Assembly: GCF_009914755.1 (NCBI RefSeq)
Contig: NC_060934.1
Strand: one strand, 5' to 3'
DNA: 64,000 nucleotides
From: the human T2T-CHM13v2.0 reference genome, Homo sapiens
Shown here: positions 49,682 to 63,459 of the stretch, in pieces
How positions within the stretch are numbered: position 1 is the stretch's first letter
Layout: the number at the start of each line of letters is the position of its first letter
Translations under genes and position numbers: made by a program
The notes under the pieces: generated by a model
What the model was told of the DNA's origin: nothing
What the model saw: only the letters and a program-made list of their open reading frames with translations
Databases searched by the model: none

Positions 49682-52537
49682 TATTTTTAAATTTCAGCCA
49701 TTCTACTGTATGTATATTGGTGTCTTACTTTAGTTTTTAAATTTCCATTCTCAACGAATAATAATTTAGAGCATGGTTTTCATATGGTTATTTGGCATAT
49801 GCATATTGTTTTTGGTAAAGTATCCACATCTTTTGCCCATTAAAAATGAGTTGTCTTCTTAGTATTGAGTTGTGTTTATATATTCTTATATATTTATATA
49901 TTTTGTAGGTTATCTCTTTATTTTCCCAACAGTGTTGCTTGCAGAGCAAAATATTTTAATTTTTGATGAAATCAAATTTATCGCTTTTTCTTTCATACTA
50001 CATTGAATCCTATTTTAAAAATACATGCTTAATCTGAGATTATTAAGATTTTTTCTTATGCTTTTAGTAGAAATTTTATAGTTTTACCCCTTATGTTTAA
50101 GTCTATGATCCATTTTGAATTTTTTCATGTATGATGTGTGAGGTAAGAGTTAATGTTTCTCTCTGTCTCTCTCTGCATGTGGATATCTAACTCTTCCAGT
50201 ATAATTTGTTAAAAGTTTATTTCCTCATTGTAATGTCTTGGCACCTTTGTCGAATAGCAGTTAACCTTATTTATATGGGTCTAGTTCTGAACTGTACATT
50301 CTGTTCTCTTGCATAATAATCATTATGCCAGTATCACATTTTCTTACGACAACATGGCTTTCTGGTGAGTATCAGGTAGTGTAGGTCCTCCAACTATGTT
50401 CTTTCTTTACAAAATTGGTTTGGCTATTCTAGGGGACCTTGCATTTTCATGTACTAGGATTAGTTTGCCAATTTCTACCAAAAATCTGCTGGAATTTTGA
50501 TGGGAATTACATTGAATATGGAGATGAATTTGGAAAGAATTGCCCTCTTAACAAAATTGAGTGTATCTCTTCATTTATATAGATCTTTTAAAATTTCTCT
50601 CAGCAATGTATTGTAGTTTTCAGTGTATAGTCTTGCATATCTTTGTTTAATTTCTAACTAGATATTTCATAATTTTATGAAAGGTATTGCTTTAAAGTTT
50701 CATTTTCTGATTTTTCATTGCTAGTAGTTAAGAATAAAATGATTTTTAGATCTAAACCTTGTATCCCGTGACTTTTCTAAAGTCATTTGTTGGTTCTAGT
50801 AGATTTTTGATAGATTCTTTGGGTTTACTAGATAGATCATCAAGTTGTCTCTGAGTAGAGATTGTTTTACTTCTTTTCCAGCACATATGCATTTCAATTC
50901 TTTTACTTGCCTTATTACACTGGCCATTCATTATAATGTTGAGTAAAAGTGGTGAGAACATTTTTGTCTTGTTCTTTATTTTCGAGGAAGGAAAATCAGT
51001 CACTCTATTAGGACTATTAAATAGAATAGCTACAGCTTTTTTGTAATGTCATGTATTAAGTTGAGGAAATTCTCTTCTATTTGCAATTAGCAGTTTTTAA
51101 ATCATGGATGAGTGTCAAATTTTTATAAAATTGTGCTTCATTGTATCTATTGATATTATCATGTAGTTCTTAGTTTGTTAATACGGTGAATTAGATTGAT
51201 TGCTTTTTGAATGTCAAGCCAGTCTTGAATTCCTAATATACACCCCATTTGGTCATGATGTATATTACCTTTTATATATTGCAGGACCTGATTTGCTAAT
51301 AATTTGTTAAGGATTTTGTGTCCATGTTCACAAGAGATATTAGTTTGTGGTACTTTTTATGCAATGTTTGTGTCTGGTTTTGGTATCAGGGCAATGCTAG
51401 CCTTGTATCAGTTAGGATGTGGTTCTGCCTCTTTTCTGAAACAGTTTGTGCAGAATTATATCATTTCTCCTTCAGTGTTTGTTCGAATTCATTAGTAAGA
51501 TCTTCTGGTCCTAGAATTTTCTTTACGAGAAGAATTTTAACTATAATTTAAAGTAAATTAATTGTTTTATTTTTGTTTTTCTTTGAGACTATAGAGGTTA
51601 TGTCTTGTTATCTATTTTTGGAGTGACTTGTCTATAAACACCAAATCCTTTATCTATTTTATCAAAAGTGTTGAATTCATTAGCATAAAGCTGCTCATAA
51701 TATTCCTTATTATCATTTTAATATCTGCAGGCTATGCACTGATGCCTTGTTTCTCATTTCTGCTATTGGTAATTTATGTCTTCTATCTTTTTGTTCATGA
51801 CCAACCTCTAACTAGGTTAGTCATAAACCTCTAACTAGAGCTTTATTAATTTTATTGACCTTTACAAAAAACCAGATATTTATCTTGCTGGAGTTGTCTA
51901 TTTTTTCTGTTTGTTTGTTTTACCTTATTAGTTTCTGTTCTTATGTTTACTATTTTCTACTTCTAATTATTTAATGTTTAATTTTTTCTTTTTTTTTCAA
52001 ATGTCTTAAGGTAGGAGGTTAGGCCGTTGATTTTAGATATTTATTATTTTCTGATATATGCATTAATGCAAAAAATGTCCTCTATGCACTGCTTTAGTTT
52101 CATGTCACAAACTTTGACATAATCTGATTTTCATTCTGTTTAAAGTATTTAAATATTCCCATTGTGATTTCTTTGATCCCATCATTGCTGTCTGATGTTT
52201 TGCCTAATTTCCAAATATTTTAGCATTTTCTTGATATTTTCTAGTTTTGATTTCTGATTCCACTGCAGTTAGAGAACATACTCTATATTATTTCAATCCT
52301 ATTATTTGGAAATAATATGTCTCTTGATGAATTTTTCTCTTTACTATTATGTATTTTTGGCAATAGTTATTGCTCTAAAAGTTATATTTTCTGATGTCAA
52401 TCTAACCAAATAAGCTGTCTTTTCGGTGTTAGCACAGTATATTGTTTTTCATACTTTTACTTTTAAGCTGTATGTTTTTGTTTGTTTAAAGTGAGTTTCT
52501 TCTAGACAGCACTTAGTTGGATTTTGCTTTTTAAAAA

Positions 52538-52945
52538 TTTTTTATTTTATTTTATTTTAAGTTCCAGGATACATGTGGGGAATGTGCAGGTTTGTTACAT
52601 AGGTATATATGTGCCATGGTGTTTTGCTGCACCTATCAACCCATCATCTAGGCTTTAAGCCCTGCATGCATTACGTATTTGTCCTAATGTTCTCCCTCCC
52701 CTTGTCCCCCACCCCCTGAAAGGCCCCGGTGTGTGTTGTTCCCCTCCCTGTGTCCATGTGTTCTCATTCTTCAACTCCCACTTATCAGTGAGAACATGCA
52801 ATGTTTGGTTTTCTGTTGCTGTGTTAGTTTGCTAAAAATGATGGCTTCCAGCTTCATCCATGTCCCTGCAAAGGACATGATCTCATTATTTTTTATGGCT
52901 GCATAGTATTCCATGGTGTATATGTGCCACATTTTCCTTATCCAA
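52538..52945 (-). mobile_element. L1PA7/8-like 3' end nested in the old L1
   Basis: L1PA 3'UTR reverse complement; TSD-like GTTGGATTTT on both sides. Confidence 0.93.
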
Positions 52946-54010
52946 TTAGGTTGGATTTTAAAAATATCCCATCTAACACTCTCTGACTTTTAATGGGATT
53001 ATTTAAGTCATTCACTTTTCATTTGATGATTGGATGATTGGTTTTAAATATTTACTTGTAGGGCTATCCTGAGGGTTGATAACTTCATATATTAATACAT
53101 GCAATTATTAGAGCAGTGTCTAAAACATATAAAGTTCTCACTAAACATTTGCTGTTATTAAATGACTCTTCCAGGGTCAAGCATGTAGTAAACATCAGAG
53201 TCTAAATTCAACCTCAGCTCTCCTAACTTGAATATATACTTTTTCCTTTACATAAAGGTGATGTGACTATTTAAATTATGATCATTAAAAACCTTGATGA
53301 ATTCTTTTTTCTTTCTTTCTTGGCTGCTAAGCTCATAAATTCAGTTTGAGCTTCAGTTGTGTGATTCTGAGCTGTCCAATGATGACAGATTCCTTACATA
53401 CCACTCTATCATACATTTCTGAAATAATTTATATTTTTGTTGTCCTTGGGGCATCAAATATTCCTTCGGATGTCTTTGACACCAAGTTCATTTTCTTCTC
53501 TCTCATGATGGCAGGGAAACTTTTTGTATATCACTAGAAATACAACTGTCACACTTCCTGGTGGAAATTAATGTTTAGTGTATGGGCTTAGATATAGGGA
53601 AGAAATGATGACAAATCAGCATAGTTCTGAGGGTTTTGAGCATTGCTGGGCTTTCACAGTACCTTCTTCTCTGTTATTAAAGTAAGGCAAAAAAGCCACT
53701 CATTATGTGATTTTTGTCTAGGCAAATATTTAACTAGTTCAATTGTACATTTAACCTGGTTGGGATCCAAAGATGCTTTCCATGGTGTTCTTGAATTGGA
53801 CTGGCTTAGAGAGCTAGGTGTCTTTGTCACTAAACCTTATCCAAACTGACAAATGAGGTAGTTTTTGAAAAATACCTGACAGAACCACTGGCTTATTTTT
53901 TGGCTTTGGATATATTTAGAAACTGAATTTACTGATTTCTTTTGTTTTTAATTAAGAAAAAGGACATCAATATCTTCCATATTGAAGGGAGTGGTAGGCA
54001 GGACAAATTT

Positions 54011-54063
54011 TATATATATATATCTATCTATATATATATATCTATATATATAATATATATATA
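54011..54063. repeat. Imperfect (TA)n microsatellite
   Basis: Direct reading. Confidence 0.9.
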
Positions 54064-54290
54064 ATCTTTCACTTCCATGATTTTTTTCTCCTTTTTGGGA
54101 GTTTGCAAATAGTTTTTGATTATGGCAAATACTCCTCATTGCTAATTTTTGGTGACAGAGAATATTATCTCTTTCTTCTTTAGAAAATAGCAGGAGGGGA
54201 ATCCTTGTCTTCTACTTTGAATTAGAGTAGGTGCTTCATTTGTTTGTGAGGAACTGCCCTTGGGGATCTTTTCCTTTCCTTCTTTCCTAG

Positions 54291-54906
54291 ATTAACAATG
54301 GTACAAGCACGTGCAGAAAAGGGAGAGTCTCTGCTTGTCTTCATCTGATTCTCCTGTCCTCTCCGTGGAAGTTACATTTTCTCTAAAGGATGAGCTGAAA
54401 ATTCTCCTGGTTGTTGCCAGTTGAACTTCTGCTGCACTCTGGGAAAGCATTCTCACTCTGTTTATGTTGTCTAAGTGTAGACATGGATGTGCAGGTTTGC
54501 TGGAACCTCCTGAGGATGTGCAATGGTTCTGTTCATGCCTGGATCAGTTCTTTTGGGAGTGGACATTCTTCCTCTCCCTCATGCACAGCCTCAGGCACAT
54601 GGCTTGAGCTATGGTGGCACGCAGTATGGCCATCACCCAGGTACACCCCTTCCCTAAGAAGAGGCTCATCAGGTTACACTCGGGTACTGTTGTTATCTGG
54701 CTTATTGTCCATAGGATCGACATAGAGTCCTGAGGTCAGTTCAAACCATCAAACCAAGGATGTTACTTATCATTTGAAAACGTGTTTGGAAAGATAATCT
54801 TGGGTTGTTCGGTGGGACCAGCCTTTGATGGGCAAATCTCTAGAGAATGTGGGGTCAGTTCTCTCAGGTTCAGGAAGCATGTAATCTCTGTAAGATTCAT
54901 TAATTT
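54291..54906 (+). other. Candidate long or terminal non-coding exon
   Basis: Very strong acceptor TCTTTTCCTTTCCTTCTTTCCTAG|A at 54290/54291, then ~600 bp of unique, less AT-rich sequence; 3' end unknown. Confidence 0.3.
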
Positions 54907-55036
54907 AAAAAAAAAGACACAGGCATAGAAAAATAGAACAAAATGAAAACCCTTTACTGGATGCCTACTATGGGTTATGTTTCAGGCCTTCCTCATCATT
55001 TTGGGACATGTGAGTATAAACAAGACCAGGCTATGT

Positions 55037-55393
<357 letters not shown>

Positions 55394-56984
55394 GACCTGC
55401 CTATGTCTTCATGAACTTTGCAGTATAGTGGTGGAACGTGTGAGGGCTGTTAGGTCGTGCTTCTTGGATACTTGGTGGGTTTATGAAACCTCAATGGGGA
55501 GCTCTGAGCACCGTCAGGCCTTAGCCTGAATCTCTATAAAGTAATTTCTATGTATGAGTGCTAACTGCTCGGGACAGTTCTGCTCAGCAAACTCTAAGGT
55601 TGTATGCACGGGCTCACAGGTATAACTCATTTGGGGCTGAGAGGAGAACTTGTTATTTGGTTTCCTGTCTCCTGATCCAGATGTTACATTTGTCATGGGC
55701 ATGGAAAGCCCCCAAACTCCCTAAGACAGTACCTGGTTCATTCTGGGAGTTTCCAGATGTCCTGTCTTTCATATTTCCAGAGGAGTTAATGGAAGACTGT
55801 AGAAACTCTGCTCTCTATCCTGTAGCTTCCTTGCTACACAAATTAATTTGGGGTTAGATAGTTTTCCTCTTGACAAAGTTTTAGTATTTTGTGAGACAAA
55901 AACTCTGAGTTGAGGTGGAAATATTTTTCTATCATGGGGCATTACTCAGGTTGCAATAAAGTGTGTTTTGCTTGTGGCAAAATTTGCAAACCTTCGCTCA
56001 GTGAAAAGTACATGTTTTTCTTAGTGATGAAGTCTGTGAAAAGTCAAATTTACCCATTTCTCTCCACATGGGTAATTTTTTGAGCATTGCACTCCCACTT
56101 ACTTCATGTGCTCTATTTTCATCCAGGTCTATAATTAGACCAATGGGGTGACTGTTTTAGCAAAAACATAAAGACTCAGGAAGATAAGTACTTCAGGATT
56201 GCATGAATCTAAATCTGGAGTCAGTTTGTAGTGGACTATTTTTTCCCCCATCCTCATTACATTTAAAAAGTATGAACTTATTGGGAGCTTTATATAAACT
56301 AACACCTAAAGTTCTTTCAACCCAAGGTTGATTTGAGCACATGCATGTAAGTGTGTGGTGATGTCTAGTGCCAACTGATCCTGTCTAAAAGCCATTTGCT
56401 ATTCTAATTGGTAGGACAGCAGGCAGGTTAAAATATTAATTATAAAGCTGCCATAACTTATCAGGAGAAATCAGAAGTCTTCTTAATTCAAACAGCTGCT
56501 AATTAATTTGCTCTTGCCAACTCTAAGAAATAATAGAGCAAAAGAAAGAGTTAGAATAATCGGAGGCGAATCTGATGAAAATAGTTTAGATTTCATTTGA
56601 ATCGTTTGAGGAAATGTTACATTAAAAATAAATAGCATAAATTATTGAATCATTTGTCAAGCAAAAACTAGGACTTTTAGAAAGTTGCCAATGTGGCTAT
56701 ACCATTTAAAAATGTTTGTTTTTTTCAGGCCCATCAATGAGAGAGACAACATTTAGATAAGAGTACTGGATATTTGAAAATTCTTACACCCTGTGATGTG
56801 ACATGGAGAAGTGACCAACACAAATTTGCCAACTATACTCATTTCTTGGTAACTGCCCATTAGGAAGGATTTCTTTCCAAGTCTATCACTAATTTAGCTG
56901 TTGTTCACATGAGAACTAGAGGCAGATGATAGCAGCTTGATCACTGCTTTTTTTACTTAGAAGATCAATGATGTTCAGAATAGT

Positions 56985-57102
56985 GTTTGTATGTGTAAGC
57001 ATGGATGTGTATGTGGTGTGTGTGTCTGTATATGTGTATGTGGTGTGTGTGTATATATATATATATATATATGTGGTGTGTGTGTGTGTGTGCGTGTGTG
57101 TG
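56985..57102. repeat. Compound (TG)n/(TA)n microsatellite
   Basis: Direct reading. Confidence 0.9.
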
Positions 57103-58029
57103 CAGGGTAGGTATCACCACATTCCCTGTGGTGGTGTGTCTCTGGGATTGGTGCTTCTGGAATCTCCCACTTCTTAGAGCCACTTTAAGATATTTATTTA
57201 TTCTCTCCAACCATCCTGCCAATCTTTTTATCCTTAAACAGGAATAAATTCCTACAGCTGAATCTATTCAGGATTTCTGTATGTATGTGTGAAAATTTAT
57301 ATGATGCTCAATCCTTTAAAAAATCTTTTATTCAAACAACTTTAAAAGTAAAAAGTATTTTATCATACTTTAAAAAGTATTTTGTCATAAAAAGTGAGAG
57401 ATGTTTGTCCACCGAATTTCTTGCTTTCTTTCTTGTGTGTCCCTAGATTACTTTAGCCTCTGTTTCCAGCCAGTTGGAACAGCAAGGGTGAGGGTCTTAG
57501 GAGTAAACATGTAACACTTACTATTTCCCTTTCAAGTTCAGAACCAATTCAGGGTCAAGAGCCAAGAGACACACAAATAGAGATCTAAATTCAGCTTTAT
57601 TTCTGATAAAACCAACTTGAGAATGTGTTTTTTTTAATTTGCGTGCAAATGGCTTGCTCAAACGCCCTGACTGGATTAGATGGATTCATACCCCCAGTCA
57701 TGGACAGCTCTGGGCATCTCCAGGTGCCACAATGGGGCAGGCCCAGCCTGCTAGGCAGAGAGAGAACCATTGTGGTTTGCAGAATATACTGTAATCAGTT
57801 TCCTCTACTAACTCTTTTTGTTAGACAAGTCACTCATCACCTGATGATAGAGGGGCCAGAAGGGCATGTTACACTCAAGTGCCTCCCCATGGAAACATGA
57901 AGTGTGGGGAATAACTGTTCCTCCCTAAGAGCAAATAGGATTGATTAATCCCTCGAACCACAATATGCAGTGAGACAAGCAATTTATGTAGGGACTGAGT
58001 TCTGCAGTTAGTGTACTTATCTCTGATGG

Positions 58030-58161
58030 GAGGCATTCCTTGTTTTTAAGGCAATCCTGTTTTGTCTGTTGGCCTGGTGTGTTTAATAAAGCTCCTTTCA
58101 CTCTCAAACCTGTTCTAGTACGCCCAGCCTAGTGTGGATAATTAATTATATGGTCCTCGTA
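58030..58161 (-). mobile_element. MER94-like hAT-Blackjack MITE
   Basis: CTGTTGGCCTGGTGT..TTAATAAAGCTCCTTTCACTCTCAAA...AATTATATGGTCCTCGTA. Confidence 0.65.
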
Positions 58162-60009
58162 GTGTCTGGGGATAAAGAGGTCAATAGACTGAATCTCCTT
58201 AGATAGCCTGACGGTAAACTCATACTCATGTTATTCTTGGAGTTTGAGAATGTTTTTCAGGATATTCATTTGGTGGAATTTCATATTAGTGAGAACTGAA
58301 ACTATTCATCAGTGTGAACAATAACAACAGTGTTTGCAGCAATGAGAAACCACCACTTCCCGTGCGACTTTGTTGAAGACCTTTCCAGATTGCATATAAT
58401 GTCCTTCTGGACCAGACGTTTTTTTTTTTTTATTTTAGAGATGGTGATTTAAAGTGAATTTCCTCCCTTTCCATGACCACAGCTGCAGCATTTATTGAAG
58501 GTTTTGTCTTTTATGACACAGGGATTATGATGGTATTAAGTCTCCAGAAAGTGAGGCTTTCCTTGGGGATGGGAAATATAAGAAACAAACTAAGAAATGG
58601 GGGTTAGGAGTAGAACCTAAGAAGACTTCAGGACACATCCTGGAGAAGTGATATTTATAGCAGGATATAGAAAATTATTCCAGCCCAGTAGCATGGGAAG
58701 AAATGGCCGTGTGACCAGAATCCAAGGCAAACTATTTGCCTGCTCTCTTGTGTTAAGCTATAAGAGGGCAAATTATTATCAGCAAGACTGCACATGCTCA
58801 AATACGTTGCCACTGGTTTCTAGAGGAAATTTTTAAAATGCCTATTAAAAGTGTTCCGATTCAGGGTCAGGATTTGAGTTTCTTCTATTAATTGATGAAA
58901 ATTTGCGAGGCTCTGTCAGAAACCATTTTCTTTATGAGGGCTCCAAAGTAAAAGAGGTGTTAGCTGGGTAGCTGGGCTGCTATTCTTAGTAAACCCCCTC
59001 TCCTCCTGCTGTGCTGACATACTAATATTTTACTCAGCATTTGAAAAATACTTTGACTACAATCAAAAGTTTTCTAAGTCTGAGGGAGTATATAGAGGGC
59101 TAGGGTAAAAATTAAGTATTTGCCTCCCACATTTTTTTTTTTTTGGCAATATGAGACTCTTACTATACTGAGGAAATCAGAGCACAGTTCAGATATCAGT
59201 GAATTTATTTATTTAAATATAGTTATAAACGTTTAAAGCCTGAAGCACTTCTAAATGCAATGTATTTTCAGGCTTCATTTTACTGATGAGATAACCGCAG
59301 AGCCCAAAGATCGAATTAATTATTAGAAAAAGGAGGAGATAAAGTGTGAAGACCAAGAGGGGAAAGGTGGTATATTATATTTAAGATATAAGTGGAAATT
59401 CAATATATTTAAAGCATGGAGTTTGAGAGAAAGACAGTGGTGGGAGGTGAGTCTGAAGAGATGTAGGAACCAAATCTCCATCTACGGGAAGGTCCTGGAA
59501 GCCATGGTAACAATGTTGGTATTTCTAAAAGTGCCCAAGAGAGCAGGGGAGGGCAGGAGAGGTCAGAGGTGCTCAAAAAGGGGTCTGTGTCCAGAGAGCT
59601 AACTGAGCACACGTCTATTTCCCTCTTGGTTCCACTCCCCTTTCATGACATACAATGCATCATTAAAAAGAATATGTCTGTAAGAGAACTGGATGGTTAG
59701 AGAAGAAATTGTCATTGAACTAAAACTTGGGAGGAATTCTTGGAAGGTAGACAGAAGAGCCAAATCCCAAGACATACATAGGATAAAACAGGGAGGAAGG
59801 TGAGAACACCCAGCTCCCATTCAGAGGAACACATTTTCGGAAAACAATGCTACGTAACTGTAGACAAAACATATGACAGTCATTTGCACTCATTAACTTA
59901 GTTAACCTCATTTTCCAGTCATCAAAGTAAGCAGATAAATGAAGATTATTAGATCTTCAAGGAAAACCAAGATCATGGGAGAAAAAACAACTGACCAATC
60001 CCAGGAAAA

Positions 60010-60175
60010 TAATTATTTAGCACTTAATTATTGCCAGGGACTCTCCTAAAAACTTTTCTTAAATTAACTAATTCAATCCTCAACAACTCTAAGAGAGAGG
60101 TACTATTATTATCCTTAAGAGGAGGGAACTGAGGGACAGAGAGGTTAAGCAATTTGCTTAGGCTGTTTGCCTCCC
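60010..60175 (-). mobile_element. MIR SINE
   Basis: AATCCTCAACAACTCT...GGTACTATTATTATCC...GAACTGAGGGACAGAGAGGTTAAGCAATTTGC. Confidence 0.8.
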
Positions 60176-60189
60176 AAGCCTAGGTTCTT

Positions 60190-62180
60190 AACCATTTGGA
60201 GAAATAGTAAAGATAATTTCTACAAAGCGAAGACAGTTAGCAGCCTTAAGGATGAAAGGATGCTGCAAGTACCATGCCCGGTGAGTGACAGAGTATCAAG
60301 GCTGGTTGAACCCGGTAAAAGCACAAGTTTTCAGAAAGAGGGAAACAAACAATTCCCTACAAAATTATGAAAATCACATTGACATCAGACTTCTCATAGG
60401 TGGAGACAACAAAGCCCTTTTCAAAAGTGGGTCAAACTGGCTGGCTGAGCACATATCCTTCCTTCCCTTCCTGTCAAAAGATATGACATTGTCTTTAACT
60501 TTGAATGACTTACACAGCAAAACAGCATTCAAATTTATGGAGAGAAATAAAGATAATTTTAGACATGCCAGATTCATGGTTTACTGTACAACAACCATCT
60601 CAGAAAGAAGTATTCAATAATAGCATCAAAATGAAAAATAAATCAAAGAATAAGGTAGTAAAGAGAATAAGAGTTAAGTAACTACTGACACATAAGGAAA
60701 GTAGTAACCATTTGGAATTAAAATCAATGGTATATATTGCCAGAGGAACAGTGTGGGGAGGGTGAGTATGACAGCATACTGAAGTTCCTTTTTATTTCTG
60801 GAGAAAATATAAAAGTAAAGAAGCTTAGTTTTGTGTGTATTTTATTTTAGAGATGGGGTTTCACTATATTGCTCAGGTTGGACTCAAATTCTTGGGCTCA
60901 AGCAATCCTTCAACCTCAGCCTCCTGAGTAACTGGGACTCTAGGCACATTTCACTGTGACTTGCTGCATATAAAAATGTGAAGAGCAAGTATTACAAACA
61001 CAGTATTAGGATTTATCACTACTAGACCACTAGAGGGGAAAATGGAATAAAGAAAAAATAACCAATAAAACCAAAAACAAGGAAGTAAAATAAATAAAAA
61101 TTAAAATTAAAAAGAGGAAACAAACAGAATCAACAATGAATGTAAATTAGAAACAAATAATATGGCAGAATTAAGTTTGAATATAACATTAATCCCAATT
61201 AATGTAAACAAGTTAAATTCTGCTCTTCAAAAATGGGTACTCTGAGAATAGACAAGCAAGTCAAAACCTACAAACCACTGTAACAGAGTTCAAAAAATAA
61301 AAATAAGTTTTTTACTCAAATAAATGATACTCCAATGTCATGCACAAATCTTAATGCTGTACTTTTAAATAGATATTAAAAAATGATTCCTAATTTATTA
61401 AAAGAAAAATCTTACTTGATCATGATGTGTTTTACTCAGGAATACAAGGATGGCTCAACATTCAGAAATATATTACTTTAACTCAGTATAACAAATAGAT
61501 TAAAGAAAATATCACATTCACTCATAGAAATATATTAGTTATATTATTTTAAATGTAGCATTTTCTTTTCTCATTGGTTTATAAAACCTCTTTATGTATT
61601 CTGGATATTATTAATAGTCCCTCTGATGTTTATATTGCAATTCCTCTTTTAAAAGTAATATCCTCTATTTTGAATAATTTACAATGTTATTATTTCAATA
61701 CGGTAAATATTGTTAATACTGTTATTTTATCTTCTGGATTATTAAATCTTGTTGAAGATGGGCTTCCTTTATCCTAGGTTTTTAAGCAATTCTCTTATAT
61801 TTTCTTCTACTACTTTTATAATTGTTTGCTACGTTGCTGTTTGTAAGAGCAATAAACTGGGAACCAACTGAATGTTGTTGGTGAAATCATGGTTCATTCA
61901 TATGATGGGATACTTATCATGAGTTCAAATGAATAAGCAGAGTTATATGAAATAATATGGAAAGAGTTCCAAAACATGATAAGTGGAAAAAACAAATCAC
62001 AGAATAAAATATAATGACTACATTAAGGTAAAAAAGTATTTATGGAATACAAATGCACAGAGAACGTCTACAGTGGTATATACCAGTGCAATTCAAACAG
62101 GGGAAGGGGAATTCAATTCGTTCATACTCTGAATTCTATGTTATTTGAAATCAAGAAGATAATCTCAGAATAAATAATTT
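60190..62180. mobile_element. Highly degraded L1ME-like fragments (mostly +, with an inverted piece at ~61540-61830)
   Basis: GACATCAGACTTCTCA (ORF1-like), CAGGAATACAAGGATGGCTCAACATT (ORF2-like), TGTATTCTGGATATT (antisense). Confidence 0.55.
60830..60965 (-). mobile_element. FLAM / Alu left-monomer fragment
   Basis: TAGAGATGGGGTTTCACTATATTGCTCAGG...GGGCTCAAGCAATCC...CCTCAGCCTCCTGAGTAACTGGGAC. Confidence 0.85.
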
Positions 62181-62349
62181 AAAAGAAGGGAAATATAAGG
62201 AAACAGGGGCAGCTGTGGATCAAGCTTTTTACAGCATCTGACTCAGGCGAGGCTCCTGTCTTCTAGGCTACTGCCTCTCTAGGACTTAACCTGGGCAATT
62301 GTAAGAGCCCTGGGCCAATAAAATAACCAGGAGGGCTGGGGTATCCCTG

Positions 62350-62422
62350 CTCCCGGGCTCAAGCCATCCCCCTGCCTCAGCCTCCCAGAGGGCTGGGATT
62401 ACATTTGTGAGCCACTGCAACC
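62350..62422 (-). mobile_element. Short Alu/FLAM fragment
   Basis: GGGCTCAAGCCATCCCCCTGCCTCAGCCTCCCA...GCTGGGATTACA...GAGCCACTGC. Confidence 0.8.
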
Positions 62423-63459
62423 ATCACTTAAGGTTCATGAACCTCACTGGACCCTGGGAGAGTCAGCCTAGGGCAGGAACCAGCTCGACAGCTTTATAGA
62501 TCAGAGAGACCTGGGTTCAAATCCAGACTCCACCCTTCTGAATTTGTTTGCAGGAAACAGACTATGATGCAATTCTTAAGGTGCAGGTAGGTTAAATGTG
62601 ATGCATTTTCTAGCACAGTGCCTGATTACTTTCTTTTATTTTGGATTATAAAATGAAGATTTCTAAGGCTGTTTATGGTTCTAATATTTTATGGGTCTTT
62701 TGAATCCGGAAAGGTGGTTGGGGGAAGAGCCCTATTAGCTATTTTTGTCAGGTAAATGAAGAGCATTTACTATAGTAGCTTCTCACTGAGGCCTGCTAGA
62801 TTAGATTAATTATTTGCTGTGGATTAGACTGGATTTTAATTATGAGCTCAAATAAGATCCTGGTGTGATTCATCCATGTTAACGTTAAGACTTTTCTTTT
62901 TCTAATGGTTCCGACAGAAAGAGGGAAAGGCTATTCTTGGAACATGAAAAAAGGCATAAATAGCCACAGCTGGTTTAATTACAACCAGGAAGAGATCAGA
63001 GAGAAGAAAAAAAGATGAGGTATATGATCCCATGATACGCTAATTAGAAATTTTCATATATGTTGGTTTGCAAAATACTACTGAATAGGCATTAGGTATT
63101 TTTGCCAAGACCTTGAAGAGGAAAATTGCACTGTTTTGTGAGCCTCCAGTCTCTCTGAAGATAGCAACTTTCCAAACCACACTGGTCAGGATGAAAACAT
63201 GACTTTCTGCAATTGTTCTACAGTCAGGACTTTGCAATCACAGTGATTGAAGTGAAAGTGCTGATTAAGGGCTCTGCAGGAAGGTGACATGTGCAGAATT
63301 ATAATAAGAAGGTGGCAGTGATTCAACCTTTGGGTCATTTACTTTGGCAACTATCATTAGCAGGTGACAGGGCTGTGGTGAAGGGAAGAGGAGAGCCATT
63401 CCAATTATGTCCCATAGCTTTTACTTGTTCCTCCAATTCCATGACTTTCTCAATTTTGC

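Larger units (their letters stand above)
48770..53050 (-). mobile_element. Large old L1M (MD/ME-like) element: 3'UTR and ORF2 remnants
   Basis: TTTATTGAGATATAATT start, TTGGATTGTTTCCAGCTTTTG, CTGCTGGAATTTTGATGGGAATTACATTGAAT, GGTTTTGGTATCAGGG. Confidence 0.85.
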
